Source: Octopus sinensis
Taxonomy: Eukaryota
Reading direction: 5' to 3'
NCBI RefSeq assembly: GCF_006345805.1
Contig: NC_043001.1
Span: forward strand, 1,054,001-1,118,000
DNA: 64,000 bases
Each line of letters starts with the position of its first letter. The first letter of the stretch is position 1. Below the pieces are notes generated by a model that saw only the letters and a program-made list of their open reading frames with translations, had not been told where the DNA came from and did not search any database. The translations under genes were made by a program, and so were the position numbers. This document shows, in pieces, positions 25,884 to 39,603 of the stretch.

Positions 25884-26936
25884 TACATGTAGTACATGTG
25901 GTACATGTAGTACAGCTAGTGGTGTTGGTGAGTGTAGAGGTGGTCAGTGTTGTGGTAGAGGTTAGGAAGAAATCAGCTTTTTTTTTTAATTATTATTGAG
26001 CAAAATTTGATTATTTATTAAATATGGATAGCAATAGACATTGATAGAAGAGAAAGGAGAAGGGAAGACATGAAGGAAGAGAAAGACTGGTGGAGCATCA
26101 GGATGAGCCCAGCTGCAGCAGCAGGGAAGAAGGAGTAAAATGAATGAGAAAGAATACATCAATTACTTACAACAATAGATGAGAGAATAAGTTCAGTCAA
26201 GAACAGCTCCAGTTAGTACAGGAAAAGTGTCTTGTATTTTTTTTTTAATTTATAGAAAATATAGATTCGACCAAGAGATAAAAAGCAGCATAAATTAATA
26301 AAAATAGTTTTTATTCTATAACAAACTGAGAATGGTAAGATATATTTTATACTTGCCAATCAGAACCTCTGCATGGTTCTTTGACCTTATATAAATAAAT
26401 GACAAATCTCCATTTAAACTTACTCTAGCATCTTGATAAAGAAAATGAGGAAAACACACAAGATAATGTAGACTTAGTTACAGTATGTTAAAAATAGATG
26501 GGATGGTCACAGCTGGAAAGCCTTTCTTTCAAAGACTTGCTCAACCAAATTGACTTGAGGCTAAACACCAACAACAACAACTGACCAGGTGGTACTATTA
26601 AGTTAACGATGGCCTGAGATGTGAGTTGCTAAAATCTGTAGGAACCTATTTAAGATAACTTTTATGTAAATAAATACAGAAGACCAAAGATATAAAAGAA
26701 TATTGAAAGAAAAATCAATCAATCAAACAAACAAACTAAAAAAAAACCAGAAATTGCTAGAATTTAATGCAGAAAGAAATATTTTTCTGATAAATATCAA
26801 AAAAAGCAGAAATAGATGGGTGGGGTTAAACTGCATCAAAAATATCACAGATAACAATTTAATGCTTCCAAATTGGCAAATTAAAAATGTTATAATTTTC
26901 ACTATAGACTCTTCATGTAGAGAAATATGTTTGTGA

Positions 26937-26970
<34 letters not shown>

Positions 26971-27738
26971 AGTCTTTCTCTCTGTGTATATGTATGTATA
27001 TGTGTAAATATATACATGTATGTATTTATATGTGCGTATTTACATCAAATACTTATAATATGTATCTCCTACTTACATATAGATACAACATGTGTGTGAG
27101 TGTGTGTGTGTGTATGTGTGTGTGTGCATGTGCAAAAGTGTGAACAATTAAAATGATATCTTGTGGCAGTAGACTTTGTATCTGTGATAAGATTATTTAT
27201 ATGTGAGAGCAAACCAAGATATTCCTGTATAAAACAACTCTCTCTAACAGCCATCAAGTTGACTGTGAAACATTCAGAGAGAAATAAAACAGAAAACAAA
27301 CACAACACAAAAACGAACATATAATAAAAAAAAAAATGATGATGAGGGGGAGGAGGAGGATAACGATGATGATGACAATGAGGATGATGATGAGGAAAGG
27401 TTGCAATAAGGCAGCAAAGATATTCCAAATACAATTTAGTGACACATATCTTGTGAATATCTCCTTAGACTACTAATAATATGAAATTAGAAATGTTTCT
27501 GAAGTAATTCTGATCTAACCAGGATATCTTTCTCTGGTTGTGTTCAGGTTTATATTGCTGCTATTAACATGTTACTCTCTGATTGGTGCGAGGTGGAATG
27601 GCAGTCTTTGTTATCTTCATGGTTATTGCATTTATGCTGTAAAGTTGAAGACTATTCCATATAATGTGCTCATATTTATTGTAATGACATTTCATAGATA
27701 ACAGCTGTAATTAAAGATTGCATGTCTACAATATGGAC

Positions 27739-27789
<51 letters not shown>

Positions 27790-29055
27790 TTTACATATAT
27801 GTATATATATATAAATATATATGTATGTTTTATGTATATGTACTCACATGCACACATGTATACACTCACAGGCATACTGCATATACAAACCATACACACA
27901 TATGTACACCAATTATGTCACATATCTGTGGAGTATATTGTGCATATGAATAGCAACTGCCCCAAAATAATCAGCGTATTTTCTTTCAATGCTGCACTTA
28001 TTACTGAAATGATGTTAGCCATAGGAAAGAGTGAACCTGGAATAAGGATGACCAAGGAAAAAAGTGGTGTGGGACATTCCCTTCAGAATTTTTGCCAACT
28101 TCAAACACAAACCCAACACAGTTCTTTGGGAGAGAAAAATAAAATATTCTGTCACAGAGGTTACAATATATATCATCATCATCATCATCATCATTCATGC
28201 TTCAAATATATGTAGGAATACGTATAACGAATGTACACACATACACACACACACACAACTGCATGCTTGCATATAGATTTTTTTTTATATTATTAGAATT
28301 TATAAACTTTCAACAATTAAAAGCCGTAGTCTCATGGACAGCCTTTGACTTTCTCTATCCAAAAGGGTTTTCACCCTAAAATTTACATTTTAGAGCTCTA
28401 TCATCTACTTTGAGATTTAATATTGATTTACTGTCGGGTGACTTTTGACCAACCTTGTATATATATATATTCATATATATACATATATGTGTGTGTGCTT
28501 ATATATGTACATATATGTAAATATGAGTATGTGCATGTACATATGCGTATGTGCACGTGAGTATGTATGTGTGTGTAAGCACATATGTCCATGCACATGT
28601 GTGTATGCACACATTAGTATACATGTGTATATGCATGCATGCACATATACATATGTACATATAAATGAATATGCATGTGTGTGTGTGCATGCATCTTCGT
28701 TCATATATATATGTACATGTGTATGTGTGTGGGCATGCATACACATACCCATGTACAGATGCGCACACTCACATCAATACAGACATGCATAAAAAAGCAT
28801 ATGAGCGACTCCACGCACCCACATATACAACTATGTACTTGTGCATACCACCCCTTCCTATTTCCCCTCCAACAACCTGGCTGATTTCCTGTTCACCATG
28901 CAGTCAACTTCCTGTTCACCATGTGGTATTATCCAACTAATTGTTGTTGCTGATATACCGATATACCAACATAAAGTCATGGCACCACATGACCTTCCTC
29001 GACCAATCACAACCCATCTTACGGTAATAACAATAAACTTCTTTTAAATTCAAAA

Positions 29056-29095
29056 TGGCTGAAGACTAGCACCACACTTGAAACTCAGAGTACCA
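29056..29095 (+). ncRNA. Decayed type I hammerhead motif
   Basis: UGG-CUGAAGA-(cuagcaccacacuu)-GAAAC-UCAGA-GUA-CCA; near-palindromic stem III ACUC(A)GAGU; stem II poorly paired. Confidence 0.55.
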
Positions 29096-29123
29096 ACAAA
29101 TCTGAACCAAACTATTTTGATCC

Positions 29124-29172
<49 letters not shown>

Positions 29173-29198
29173 AATATATATATACATGCATATATACA

Positions 29199-29250
<52 letters not shown>

Positions 29251-29342
29251 CATTCTTTGCTTGAAATTCACCAGGAAATCATGAAATGGCAGGTACTCAG
29301 ATTCGTAGGAATATTTTTTTTTATGGTTTAATTTGTGCATAT

Positions 29343-29398
29343 ATTCACCTGATGTAAACGCTATTCACCAAAAAATGTCTGAAACAGCTGTAGTGAAT
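29343..29398 (+). ncRNA. Type I hammerhead motif with one core substitution
   Basis: 6-bp stem I AUUCAC/GUGAAU; CUGAUGU; GAAAC-AGCU-GUA with palindromic stem III ACAGCUGU; stem II partly decayed. Confidence 0.7.
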
Positions 29399-30477
29399 GA
29401 ACCACAATCCATCTGTTGTTATTTGCTTATTATTCACCTTACCCAGAACCTGCAATTAGCATGGATCTGGTGTCTATTGAGTGCAGTACTTGTACCCAGG
29501 TGCAGCTGGCTGCTTGTGATTGTACATGCAACTGGAATATAGATCTGTCTTTACTTTGGTATGTTCCACTAATTTTGATTTGTAAACGATAGTGATTTTA
29601 TTGACCTGACTTTGGTGCTTTACTATTTAAGGATTTGATTTGCTGGTATCCTGAACTTTTATGTATACATATATATATTTATAAAATTCACACATACTTT
29701 TGTGTACTCATACATTCATACACACATATAATGGATAACATATTGGTCCACTTACTTAAATTCCTTGAGATTAAATCTCTTTTTTGGATACTTTGTTGTG
29801 TGCATGGTCCACAGAATTAAGTGGTCATGCTCCACTTTGCAAACTATTGGGGAAAAAGTACCATTTCATCTGGGAATATTTTATGAGATGGTCAGAAATT
29901 TGTTGTGAAAATGGTACTCTCCTTCCAACATGACAAAGTGGTATGACTGGGCCACTATAAAGCCAGACAGTCAGTCGTTGTAGAAAGTCAGTGGTAGTAG
30001 AGTCATTGTACAGTTTTTCAGTTGGAGCCAGTGTCAGTTATATGATACATACAAGTTTGAGTTACTGTCAAGGTAAGATGTTTCAAGTCACTGTCTTGTG
30101 GAGCTAACAGCAATAACATTTATAGATGAGTCAAAGGTAATAAGACGTGGAATACCACTACAACATAATAGTGGTGATAGAATATTACAGTGCCAATAAT
30201 AACATAAAAGTGGACGAGGATCTCACATAATACCAGAATTCTTGCTAGAATAAGAGTCATTTGTTACCAGCAAAGGTTCTTCCACTATTTAGGAAAGTAT
30301 GACATCTATGACATACATGATAGTGAATTGGTGAAATATAACTTGGAATTTACAATTTCAATTTCGAAATTTAAAACAGTGTAATTATTTATCATCATTT
30401 AAAGCAGTGTAATTATTCATCATCATTTCGTCTGGAAAAAATCAGAACATACATGGAACTAAGTATGTAATTCTTAC

Positions 30478-30537
30478 CTTTAATGAATTTCCCATACTGT
30501 AAGATTCTGATGAAGGCAAAAATATAGGAATTTGTTT
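30478..30537 (-). CDS. Candidate 60-nt exon of an unidentified host gene (KQIPIFLPSSESYSMGNSLK in one open frame)
   Basis: Acceptor TTTTGCTTTCTGTTTTTGTTTTACAG and donor AAG|GTAAGA flank non-repetitive sequence; no homology recognised. Confidence 0.45.
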
Positions 30538-30739
30538 CTGTAAAACAAAAACAGAAAGCAAAAACTTCAAAACAATGTTGCATCGGATAAAAACAAATAG
30601 AAATGTTAAGATGGAAATAAATATCTGCTGATACAATGTTATGATAATTTCAATTAATGAAGGTGGCGTGAGTGAGGAGAAAACTGGAGAATGAAGGACA
30701 AACACATATACAAAAGACAGACTCATCTAATTTTCTTTG

Positions 30740-32330
30740 CAAACTTATTTGTGGAAGGGTCACGGAGTAAAGTTCTTAAGCATGCCTTCCATCAAGTCCT
30801 ATTAGAAACATCCATCTCCAACTGATCCACCTGAACTCATGGATGTTATCCAACCATTTCATTTGTGATCTACTCCTGGGTCTCCTGCCAATGAGTAGTG
30901 GCTCCACCCGGAGTGGCTCTACCTGGAGTGCTTCTCTGATCTCCAAACTATGCACTCTATTGAATAAGTTTATTCTAAAGACCCTTCATAAGAACTCTAT
31001 CACACCTGCTTGCATTCACTAGCATTTTGGTCGTTGTATACCTTTTTGAGGCCTACAAAGCAAGCATATACCTCTTGACCACACTGCTTGTCTGCCAACT
31101 TGGACTCAACAATATCCTTACATTTCTTCGTCAAACATCCAGCAGAGACTTTTACAGGGAAGGCTTAACAAGGAAATACCTCTGTTATTTGAGCAATCTT
31201 TGTCTCCTTTTCTGAAAATTGGGATTGCATTACCAAATGCCACTGCTGAGGTGCCTTTCCAGAGATCCAGGTCACCTGGCACACATGGCTCAGCCAGAGA
31301 ATACCTTTATTTAAAGCTCTTAACATCTCAGTCTGAATTTCATCCCCTCCAGGGACCTTGCCACAATTGTTCTTGTGATCTCAGTCTCCAAGAGGTTAGT
31401 CATCACTCTCAGATGCACCTCAAGTCCATCAGAAGTTGTTGTGACCTGGTTTAGGAGATCAGCAGAGTATTCTTTCCACTTTGCAAGAATGCACTTCTCT
31501 TGAAAGAGATGGACTTGAAACAAGTTCCTGATAAAAGAGAAAAGGGCTGCTTCTTATTACGAAGTCAGCAAAAGGCCTGCCAGAATACTTTATTTGCTGA
31601 TCTAAAGCTGGATTCCAACTTCCCTCCAATTCCCTCCCATGTCTTAATCTTGGATGCCTTTACTGTCTCTGTGTTTCTTGGCACATTCTTGTACTAAAAG
31701 TTCCAGAAGGAGGACTTGTTTCCAAACCAAGCTTTGTAAGCTTCCTCCTTCTTTGCTCTGATGTCTTTTAACCCCCTGATTGAAGCAAGGGGCCCCCTTG
31801 CCACCCATCACCACACTAAGCTACTTTCATTTGCTGCATTAACAGCCAAGCTGAACAGTTTCCACTCCGTTTCAACATCCTTTATTTGTTTAGGATTTCT
31901 CTGAATTTGGATGCAACAGTGTCTGCATATCTGGTCTTGAACACTTTATTAGCCAGTGCTTCTCATTTTATTCTGCTTTGAGGATTTCTTGGCCTTGGGT
32001 AGTCTCAGACTGAAGACAGTTAAATAGTGACCAGTTGACATCTCAGCCCATCTCTTTACACAAACATCCAGCACAGGATCAAAGAGGTCAGAGACAATAT
32101 CAAGATCAATTGCTGATCTGTGTCTTTGATCTCTTCTATAATGTATATTTATGGATGCCTTTGTGCTGTTCATCTGCTTATCTTGCAACTAAACATCATA
32201 TCTGGTGGGCTTTTCACTATCCATCATCTGCAATCCATTCTCTAGCAGAACATCTCTACTGTGAAAGAGAGACTGGCAGAACTTGATGTTTAGGAAGAGA
32301 AGTGCTGTGAGCTGGTTCCATTTCTAAGTC
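30740..32330 (-). mobile_element. Decayed RTE/RTEX-like LINE with internal deletions
   Basis: APE C-terminal signature LDVCVKRWAEMSTGHYL (from RGAELSTDHHL); ILAKWKEYSADLLN; 3' remnants GRRPRSR..KWLD. Confidence 0.75.
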
Positions 32331-34267
32331 CAGCAAGTGGATTGATCCACAGTTAAATGTTTTGGAAGGAAAATCTATTTGCTGCGATGTTTCATCCCCT
32401 TACATTGTTGTAATATTTCTCATAAAATAAACTGCTTATAACTTACAATGATTTTTAAAATTGATGAAGAATTTTGTAGAATATATTTGAAATAATGAAC
32501 TTGTAGCATTTAAGTTAGAGTTTAGAAGAAGACAAAATGTTCCAACACAAAGTCTTAAGATGAAGATTTTTTAATCATGTCCAAGTTAGCCAGACTTAAC
32601 TCTGTCAGGCAAGAGTGACTTTTGGGAAGTTTCTCTTCAAGATATAAACATCAGGAAAGAAGTTTTTCCTTTTTAACAGAAGACCAATAGTAGAAAGTTT
32701 GCCCCTTCTACAGCACTGATGTCCTGGAGAATGACAGGTATCAATAATACAGTGTGATACCAGTGTCATTACAGGTGAAATCATGACACAATAATCTCTG
32801 TGAATTTATTGCTCTGGATTGGTACATTTTTTATTTAAGCTTTCCCTCCCATGCCTGCTCCCCCACGGATGAGAAGCAGAGGGGATTTCAGAACATACAA
32901 AACTGGAACAAATACCACAAGGTATTTTGTCTGATACCCTGCCAATTACCCAATGAACTCATCCTATTCATTCTAGAATTGTTTACAGAATGAATTACTC
33001 AGAGATGCCATCTGTATGAGAAGCAATCATCAAGTTAGTATTAATAAATCTAACGCAGTGAGCATTATGAAGCTAAACAGAAATAATTAAGTGACGAGAT
33101 GATATTAGGTATTGGGTAATCTAATTCTAATTAGAAAATCAAGGTTGTTTACATATTAGATTAGCCAGGGGTGCCAATTCTCTCATCATTATTTGGTACT
33201 TATGGTGCAGTCTCTGTTTCACTGATGAGAGCATAATAAGACCAAAACATGCCCTAAATTGCTTCTTGTTATATTGAAATAATTAAAATAATTACTTCTT
33301 GCTAGGGCACAAGGTCAACAGCTTTCAGGAGAGGCAATCAGTACATTACATCAACCCCAGTATTTCACCAACATTTTATCTTATTAACCCTGATGGGTTG
33401 AAAAGTCAAAGTTCACCTCAGTGGAATTTGAACTCAAAACTTAAAGAGCCTATGCTCTAACAATTCTGCTAATCTGCTTCTTTGAAAAACTTGAAAGAAC
33501 TGAAAACTAAAACGAATAAAATTTTCATTTGTCCAGCCATGATTTAAGAAAATGGAAAGAATTTTATCATGAACTGAGATTTGTACTCCCCCCACCCTTA
33601 CGACATTCTTTTTTCAAGTTAGGTTTTTAGTGTTCCTTCAATTAAATATGTTAATACTGATTTAACTCCTCATATTGGCAGAATAAAAATTCCTTAGAGA
33701 CACCAGGGAGCCAACACGGAAGCACATCTACACTAGCGATTCTCAAATGGAGTCTCATGGATTTTTTTGAAATACAATTTAAGGCTTCAGAACATCCACA
33801 CTAATAACCAAGCATTTTTTTTTTAAACTTCGTAATTTCTATTTTTTTTTATACCCAAGTTTTCTATATTTTTTTCTGAATTTGTAACTTTAAAGCTCAG
33901 ATTTTTTTTAAACAGAGATATGCATCAGTAATTTTTTTTAGTTTGCATTGAAAGCAATGTTTTTTGTTTGATCTTTAATGCAACTACAAAGTCAAAAAGA
34001 AGATTGGGAACCATTCCACTACATGGTCACTCCATCTAGAAATAGCAACCAAATATCCCTCACATCACACCCTAAAATATTAGAGAAGAAAAAGGCTACA
34101 TTAGATAATGTGGGTAAGCATACTCCTCAAAAGATAGGGTGGTCATATTTGGAGTGACCTTTGATCATAAATTTGCTTCTAATATCTCACTCACTTCGCT
34201 ATTTGGTTAAAATCTTTTTGTTGATATAATTAGAGAAATCAATATTTAGGTAGACAACAAACTACAT

Positions 34268-34342
<75 letters not shown>
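34268..34342. repeat. (TAG)n microsatellite
   Basis: Direct inspection. Confidence 0.98.
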
Positions 34343-34649
34343 CAGCAACATCGGCATTAGTGGTGGTGGGGTTGCAGTAGAAGTGGCTGTGGTAAGCTAT
34401 CAACCTCAAAATTACTAAAACAGTCAGTATGAATTAGTAATTAGAGATCAGTGTATAATGCTCTACTCTGCCCTGTGTAAGGCCGTGTGCTATATGGTGC
34501 CATACTGTGCCCTGCATGGCTGTGTGCTATATTGGATGTCATTTTCACCTTTCACTGACAGCCGAAACAGGAGGCGTATCCACCAACTTAAACCATATTT
34601 TCCCCTTTAGACATTATCATTACAAACAGCTGAGCCTGAAATGGCTGTC

Positions 34650-34851
34650 TTAACCCCTTTGTTACCCTATTCCTGTTGAAAAATTGTTTCAGTTCATTTT
34701 GACAATAAAGAAGAATTCTGTAAAAAAAAAGACTCATGCTGGAAGGAATGGAATTCTGATGAAAGAATTTGAATTCAGATCAATTTAGAAGAAGGACTCG
34801 GTGTCAAAGAAGGAAGGACAGACTCAGGTAGGTTGGAACGAAAAGGGTTAA
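34650..34851. mobile_element. piggyBac-type MITE (older relative at ~42327-42584)
   Basis: TTAA-CCCCTTTGTTACC...GGAACGAAAAGGG-TTAA: TTAA on both sides and CCC-starting TIRs. Confidence 0.7.
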
Positions 34852-35640
34852 ATCAGTTGTCTTTGATTGTCAGAACTGATTCAATAATATCCAATCTAGT
34901 TTCTGATCAGTGACCCCCCCTCTTCACCATGGACATGGAACGACTGGATACTGATTTGGTTGCCATGTCAACAGGATCAGGGATGACTGAAAGCTACTAC
35001 ATCCACTGAGAGAAGGCATGAAAGCCACTACATCAACTGAGAGATACACTATCAAATTTTCATTTTCTGCTTATGTTAGAAAATCAATACAACTGAAGTG
35101 ATTGGTTATTGATTGGAAAGGTTGCATGGCAGCAAGTGGCTGATGACAGAAAATTGGATTAGATAGATTAAGGGGTGGGGATAAGGGTAGAAAGGGGTGT
35201 GAGTCGTACATCTTTTTATTTATTGAATATTTGCAGTGTGGGGTAGGGTGTGGAAGGGGAGGATGGGGGGATAGAACAAAGGATCACTTAGTTTAGTTTC
35301 GTATGAAGACAGAAAACAAATATTAATTGCAAGTTAGGATATTGTGTAAAATTCAAAAAGGGCTCCAAGATTTAAAACCCCATATAAAGACATTAATAGT
35401 AATAATCTTTTCTACTTTAGACAATTTTGGGGCGAAGAGACGAGTTAATTCCATTGACCCTGCTCTCAGTTGATATCTATTGTACTTTACTGACCCTGAA
35501 AGGATGAAAGGTAAAGTCACCCTTGACAGAATTTGAACTCAAAATGCAAAGATGGACAAAATGCTACAAAGAATTTTGTCCAGTGTGCTAGCAGCTCTGC
35601 CAGCTCACTGCCTGAATAATAATAATAATAATAATAATGA

Positions 35641-38313
35641 ATAATTTATAAATACAAAATTACAGAGCAGGGTGTACCCGAGGTAGAAGAAGAGCTAAAG
35701 CAAAATATCCTCGCCAAAGCACAAAGAATTGACTAGTATGAGAAATGCCAACGTTTCTTTGAACAAAACAAACAGTTCAACTCCAACCCCCCAAAAATTC
35801 TACCAAGAACTAGGCAAAAATAAAACAATAAAAGATCAATGCAGCACCGACAGTAAAGGAAGTGGAAGAATTTTGGAAAGAAATATGGTCAGTGAAGGAA
35901 CAACCTCAGAAAAGGTCCATCAACAAATGCAGCACCTGAACAACTCTGGACCCTATAAAAACTGAAGAGGTCACTGAAGCACTGCAAAAACCAAGCAACT
36001 GAAAGGCACCCGGGCACAACAAGATCCCCAACTTCTGGTTAAAATATTTAACAAGAACACATAAAAAGCTGGCTGAGAAATTTAATGAAATACTAGCAGA
36101 GTCGGAGACAATGCCTGAATGGCTCATGGAAGAGAAAACTATCCTAATTCCAAAATGCACTGAAACGGCAAACCCACAAAATTACAGACCAATAACTTGT
36201 CTCCCTACAATTTACAAAGTCTTTACTGCAATAATATTGCAGAGAATGGACAAACATCTGGAAGAAACCAACCTGTTTCCAGAGGAGCAGAAGGGATACT
36301 GCAAGGGCTCATGACTGTAAAGATCAGATATTAATCAATAAAGCCATAATTGAAGATAGCCACAGAAAGAAGAGGGGCCTAAATACGGTTTGGATCCTTT
36401 ATTGAAAGGCTTTTGATAGTATTCCCCATACATGGATCCCAGAAACACTAGCCATGAACAAGGTAGCATCAATAATCATAAAATATAAAAAACATTCCAT
36501 GAATAAATGGCAGACAGTGCTACATCTCCAGACAAAAGAGAGACTCATAAAAACCAAAGCCATCCCCATTAGAAGAGGAATATTCCAGGCGACATGCTCT
36601 CTCCCCTCCTCTACTGACACCTTTATCTGACATGCTAAACAGAACTGGATGTGGATACAACTGTCATGGCAAAGCAATCAACTACCTCTTGTATATGGAT
36701 GATCTTAAACTGTATGCTACAAATGGTAAATCACTACAGACGGTACATAGATTTACCAAAGAAATAAAGATGAACTTTGGCTAAGAAAAGTGTGCCAAAG
36801 CAACCTTGAAAAGAGGAAAACTAGTTAAGAGTAACAACATCACACTAGATAAGGCAAATGAAATAAGAGAATAAGACCAAAACCAGATATACAAATACTT
36901 AAGAACAACACACACAAATGAAATAGAAAATAAGAAAAGAATACTACAGATGAGTTAGATTAATACTGAAAACAGAGCTCAATGCAAAAAGCAAGATAAT
37001 AGGTATCAACACTCTAGTCGTCCCAGTTATAAGTTACAGCTACAATATTTTTAACTGGACTCAAAATGAACTAATCAAAATTGACTGGAAAACAAGAACA
37101 ATAACAGCAGGATTTAGGATGCACCACCCAAAATCTGACATAGAAAGATTATATATACAATGTATCGAAGGTGGTAGAGACCTTATACAGCTAGAAAACT
37201 ATTAGAAAATAACCCTCATATGACTACAGAAATGCCTACTTTGGAAGCAAGGAAAGCTAATACAAATAACTACAAAACACAAGCAAAACAAAAAACTGTT
37301 TTCAGTCTTTAAAGAAGCTGACAAATGCAAAAAGGAAGTCATACTGCCTGACAACTATGAAAAAAAGAAGAAACAACAAAAGCTGTAAAACAGCTGAATT
37401 CCAAACTAAAACTGGAACAGCAACGGATCATGATAAAACGGTGGCAAGAAAAGCCCCTACATGACAGATATTGGGTTAAGCTAAACAGAAAAGAAATAGA
37501 CAAAGCAAAATCCCCAAAATGGCTGAGAAGCTCAGGACTCAAAGCAGAGACTGAAGGATTTTTAATTGCAGCACCAGACCAAAGCCTCCCCACAAGAAAT
37601 CACCAAAAACACATAATGAAAAGAAATACAACAAGTAACTGTAGAATATGTGGTGATGGAGAAGAAACAATAAATCATATTGTCTCTGGCTGCCCAGTCC
37701 TGGCAAAGAAAGAATATATTCACAGACAAGACAGAGTTGGGATCTATATACACTGGAAGCTATGCCAACACTATGGAATAACAACAGAAAAAAAGATGGT
37801 ATAGACATATGCCTGAAAAGGTCAAAGAAAATGGGAAAGCAAGCAAACTCTGGGATATACCAATACACACAAACAGAAAAATCAGGGCCAATATGCTGGA
37901 TATAGTTGTCAGAGATCACCAAGGAGAAAAATGCTTTCTAATCGATGTATCAATACCAACAGATGACAATGTTTCTCTAAAAGAAACTGAGAAACCTTCA
38001 AAATACAAAGATCTGGAAATAGAAGTAACTCAAATGCGGAATCTAAAAACCAGAAACAATTCCTATCATAGTAGGTGCATTAGGTATGATAAAAAAGCAT
38101 TCAGGCAAATGCATAACAAAAACACCAGGACTTCCAAGTATATATAACATACAGAAAATAGCACTACTAGGCACTGCACACATCCTATGCAAAACACTTT
38201 CAATACAGTGAAAATAAGAGCACCACAAGAAGCCACAGCACATACCCAAGGCACACAGAGTTGTGCTTGGTTGTGCAGTGAAAGCACATGATAAAAGTAA
38301 GACTACTGAATAA
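35641..38313 (+). mobile_element. 5'-truncated R4/Dong-clade non-LTR retrotransposon (RT, CCHC, restriction-like endonuclease), disrupted
   Basis: NYRPITCLPTIYK, EEQKG, KAFDSIPH, YMDDLKLY, KAETEGFLIAAPDQSL, CRICGDGEETINHIVSGC, LIDVSIP..KYKDL, QKIALLGTAHIL; starts inside (TAA)n and ends GAATAAT. Confidence 0.95.
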
Positions 38314-38520
38314 TCCCTCTCTCTCTTTCGGAGAGGCACAAGCACCTACACGCACATATACACACACGGCAGTAACTTCCGCCTACCGAATTCAATCACA
38401 AAGCTGCAGTCGGCTCGGGGCTATAGTGGAAGACACCTACCCAAAGTGCCACGCAGTGGGACTGAACCCGAAACCATGTAGCTAAGAAGCAAGCTCCCTA
38501 ACCACACAGCCATGCCCGCT

Positions 38521-38828
38521 CCCTAACTCAGATACCAGGAAACCCCAAAATGGCAGAAATTCAAAAGATAGTGCTCATGGGAACTGCTCATATCCTACGC
38601 AAAATACTTTCTATGTAATCTCAGGGTTTAAAACAATCATAATTTTGGTTTTTTTTTTTTTTAGACATTCACTAGTACAACACCAAAAAACCCCAAGTAT
38701 ATGGCATACTAGGCATAACAACAACATGAACTTCCAACCTGTTGTCTCTTGAGGTCTCTGGGTGAGACTTGGAGCCAACTTGTACAAATATAAAGCAAAA
38801 GTCAAACATAGAATAATAATAATAATAA
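38521..38828 (+). mobile_element. Dong/R4 3' end, second subfamily
   Basis: IPGNPKMAEIQKIVLMGTAHILRKILSM*, a distinct 3'UTR and (TAA)n. Confidence 0.85.
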
Positions 38829-39242
38829 CTTTGACTTCCAGGTGGGACTTTGGTTTCCAGACAAGGTTTTAGAGCACCGAAGGCTGGATATGGTAACTTT
38901 TAGGAAAGAAAGAGAAAAAGTTGATAAATATGGAGACCTGAGAATTGAGATCGCCAAAACCTGGCAGCTACGAGAGTCAAACATAAAGGTTATCTCTATT
39001 GTCATCGGAGAATTGGGTTCAATACCACCCAAGCTGAAGAAACATCTGGAAACGTTAGAAATACCCTACAAACCAGGTATACTGCAAAAGTCAGCAATAT
39101 TTGAAACTGTATGCATATTGCGTGAAATACTGTCTGAGGTCCTTGTGATTTGACAGACAGTAGAAACCCCCAGTAGACACAACAATCAACAATCAACAAC
39201 ATCACGATATTGGATACTGTGTGACGTCTTAAAGAATAATAA
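38829..39242 (+). mobile_element. Dong/R4 3' end, third subfamily
   Basis: EKVDKYGDLRIEIAKTWQL..IVIGELGSIP..LQKSAIFETVCILREIL followed by a TAA tail. Confidence 0.85.
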
Positions 39243-39603
39243 AAGCATATCCCAGTGACAACAGGATCAAAGAGAAAAAGGAAGAAGAAAAACTGAACAA
39301 CTACAACGATTTGAAGTGGGAAATATGAAGATTATGGTCAATGAGGAGTGTAGCCATGATACCAATGGTAACTGGTGCACATGGAAGTATCAGAACTCAA
39401 CTACCAAAAAGACTGGTACAAGTGTAAAAGTAGATCACCTACAAAAATTAGCATTGCTTGGAACTGCCAGAATTCTTCACAGGGTTCTTGAAGCATGACC
39501 AGCAAACAAGTATCACCTTAGTCTGCTGGCTGTGGACAGCTGACACTTTCCATCCATACCAAGCAAAATAAGCTGAAAGCTTTCATATAATAACAATAAT
39601 AAT
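39243..39603 (+). mobile_element. Dong/R4 3' end, fourth subfamily
   Basis: EKLNNYNDLKWEI..HLQKLALLGTARILHRVLEA* followed by (TAA)n. Confidence 0.85.

Noticed and set aside
27077-27262. Minus-strand exon after a strong pyrimidine tract
   Set aside because: The nearest good donor lies beyond a (CA)n tract, and the peptide is unrecognisable
30508-30546. CTGATGA core
   Set aside because: No stem II or GAAAC; it lies within the exon candidate on the opposite strand
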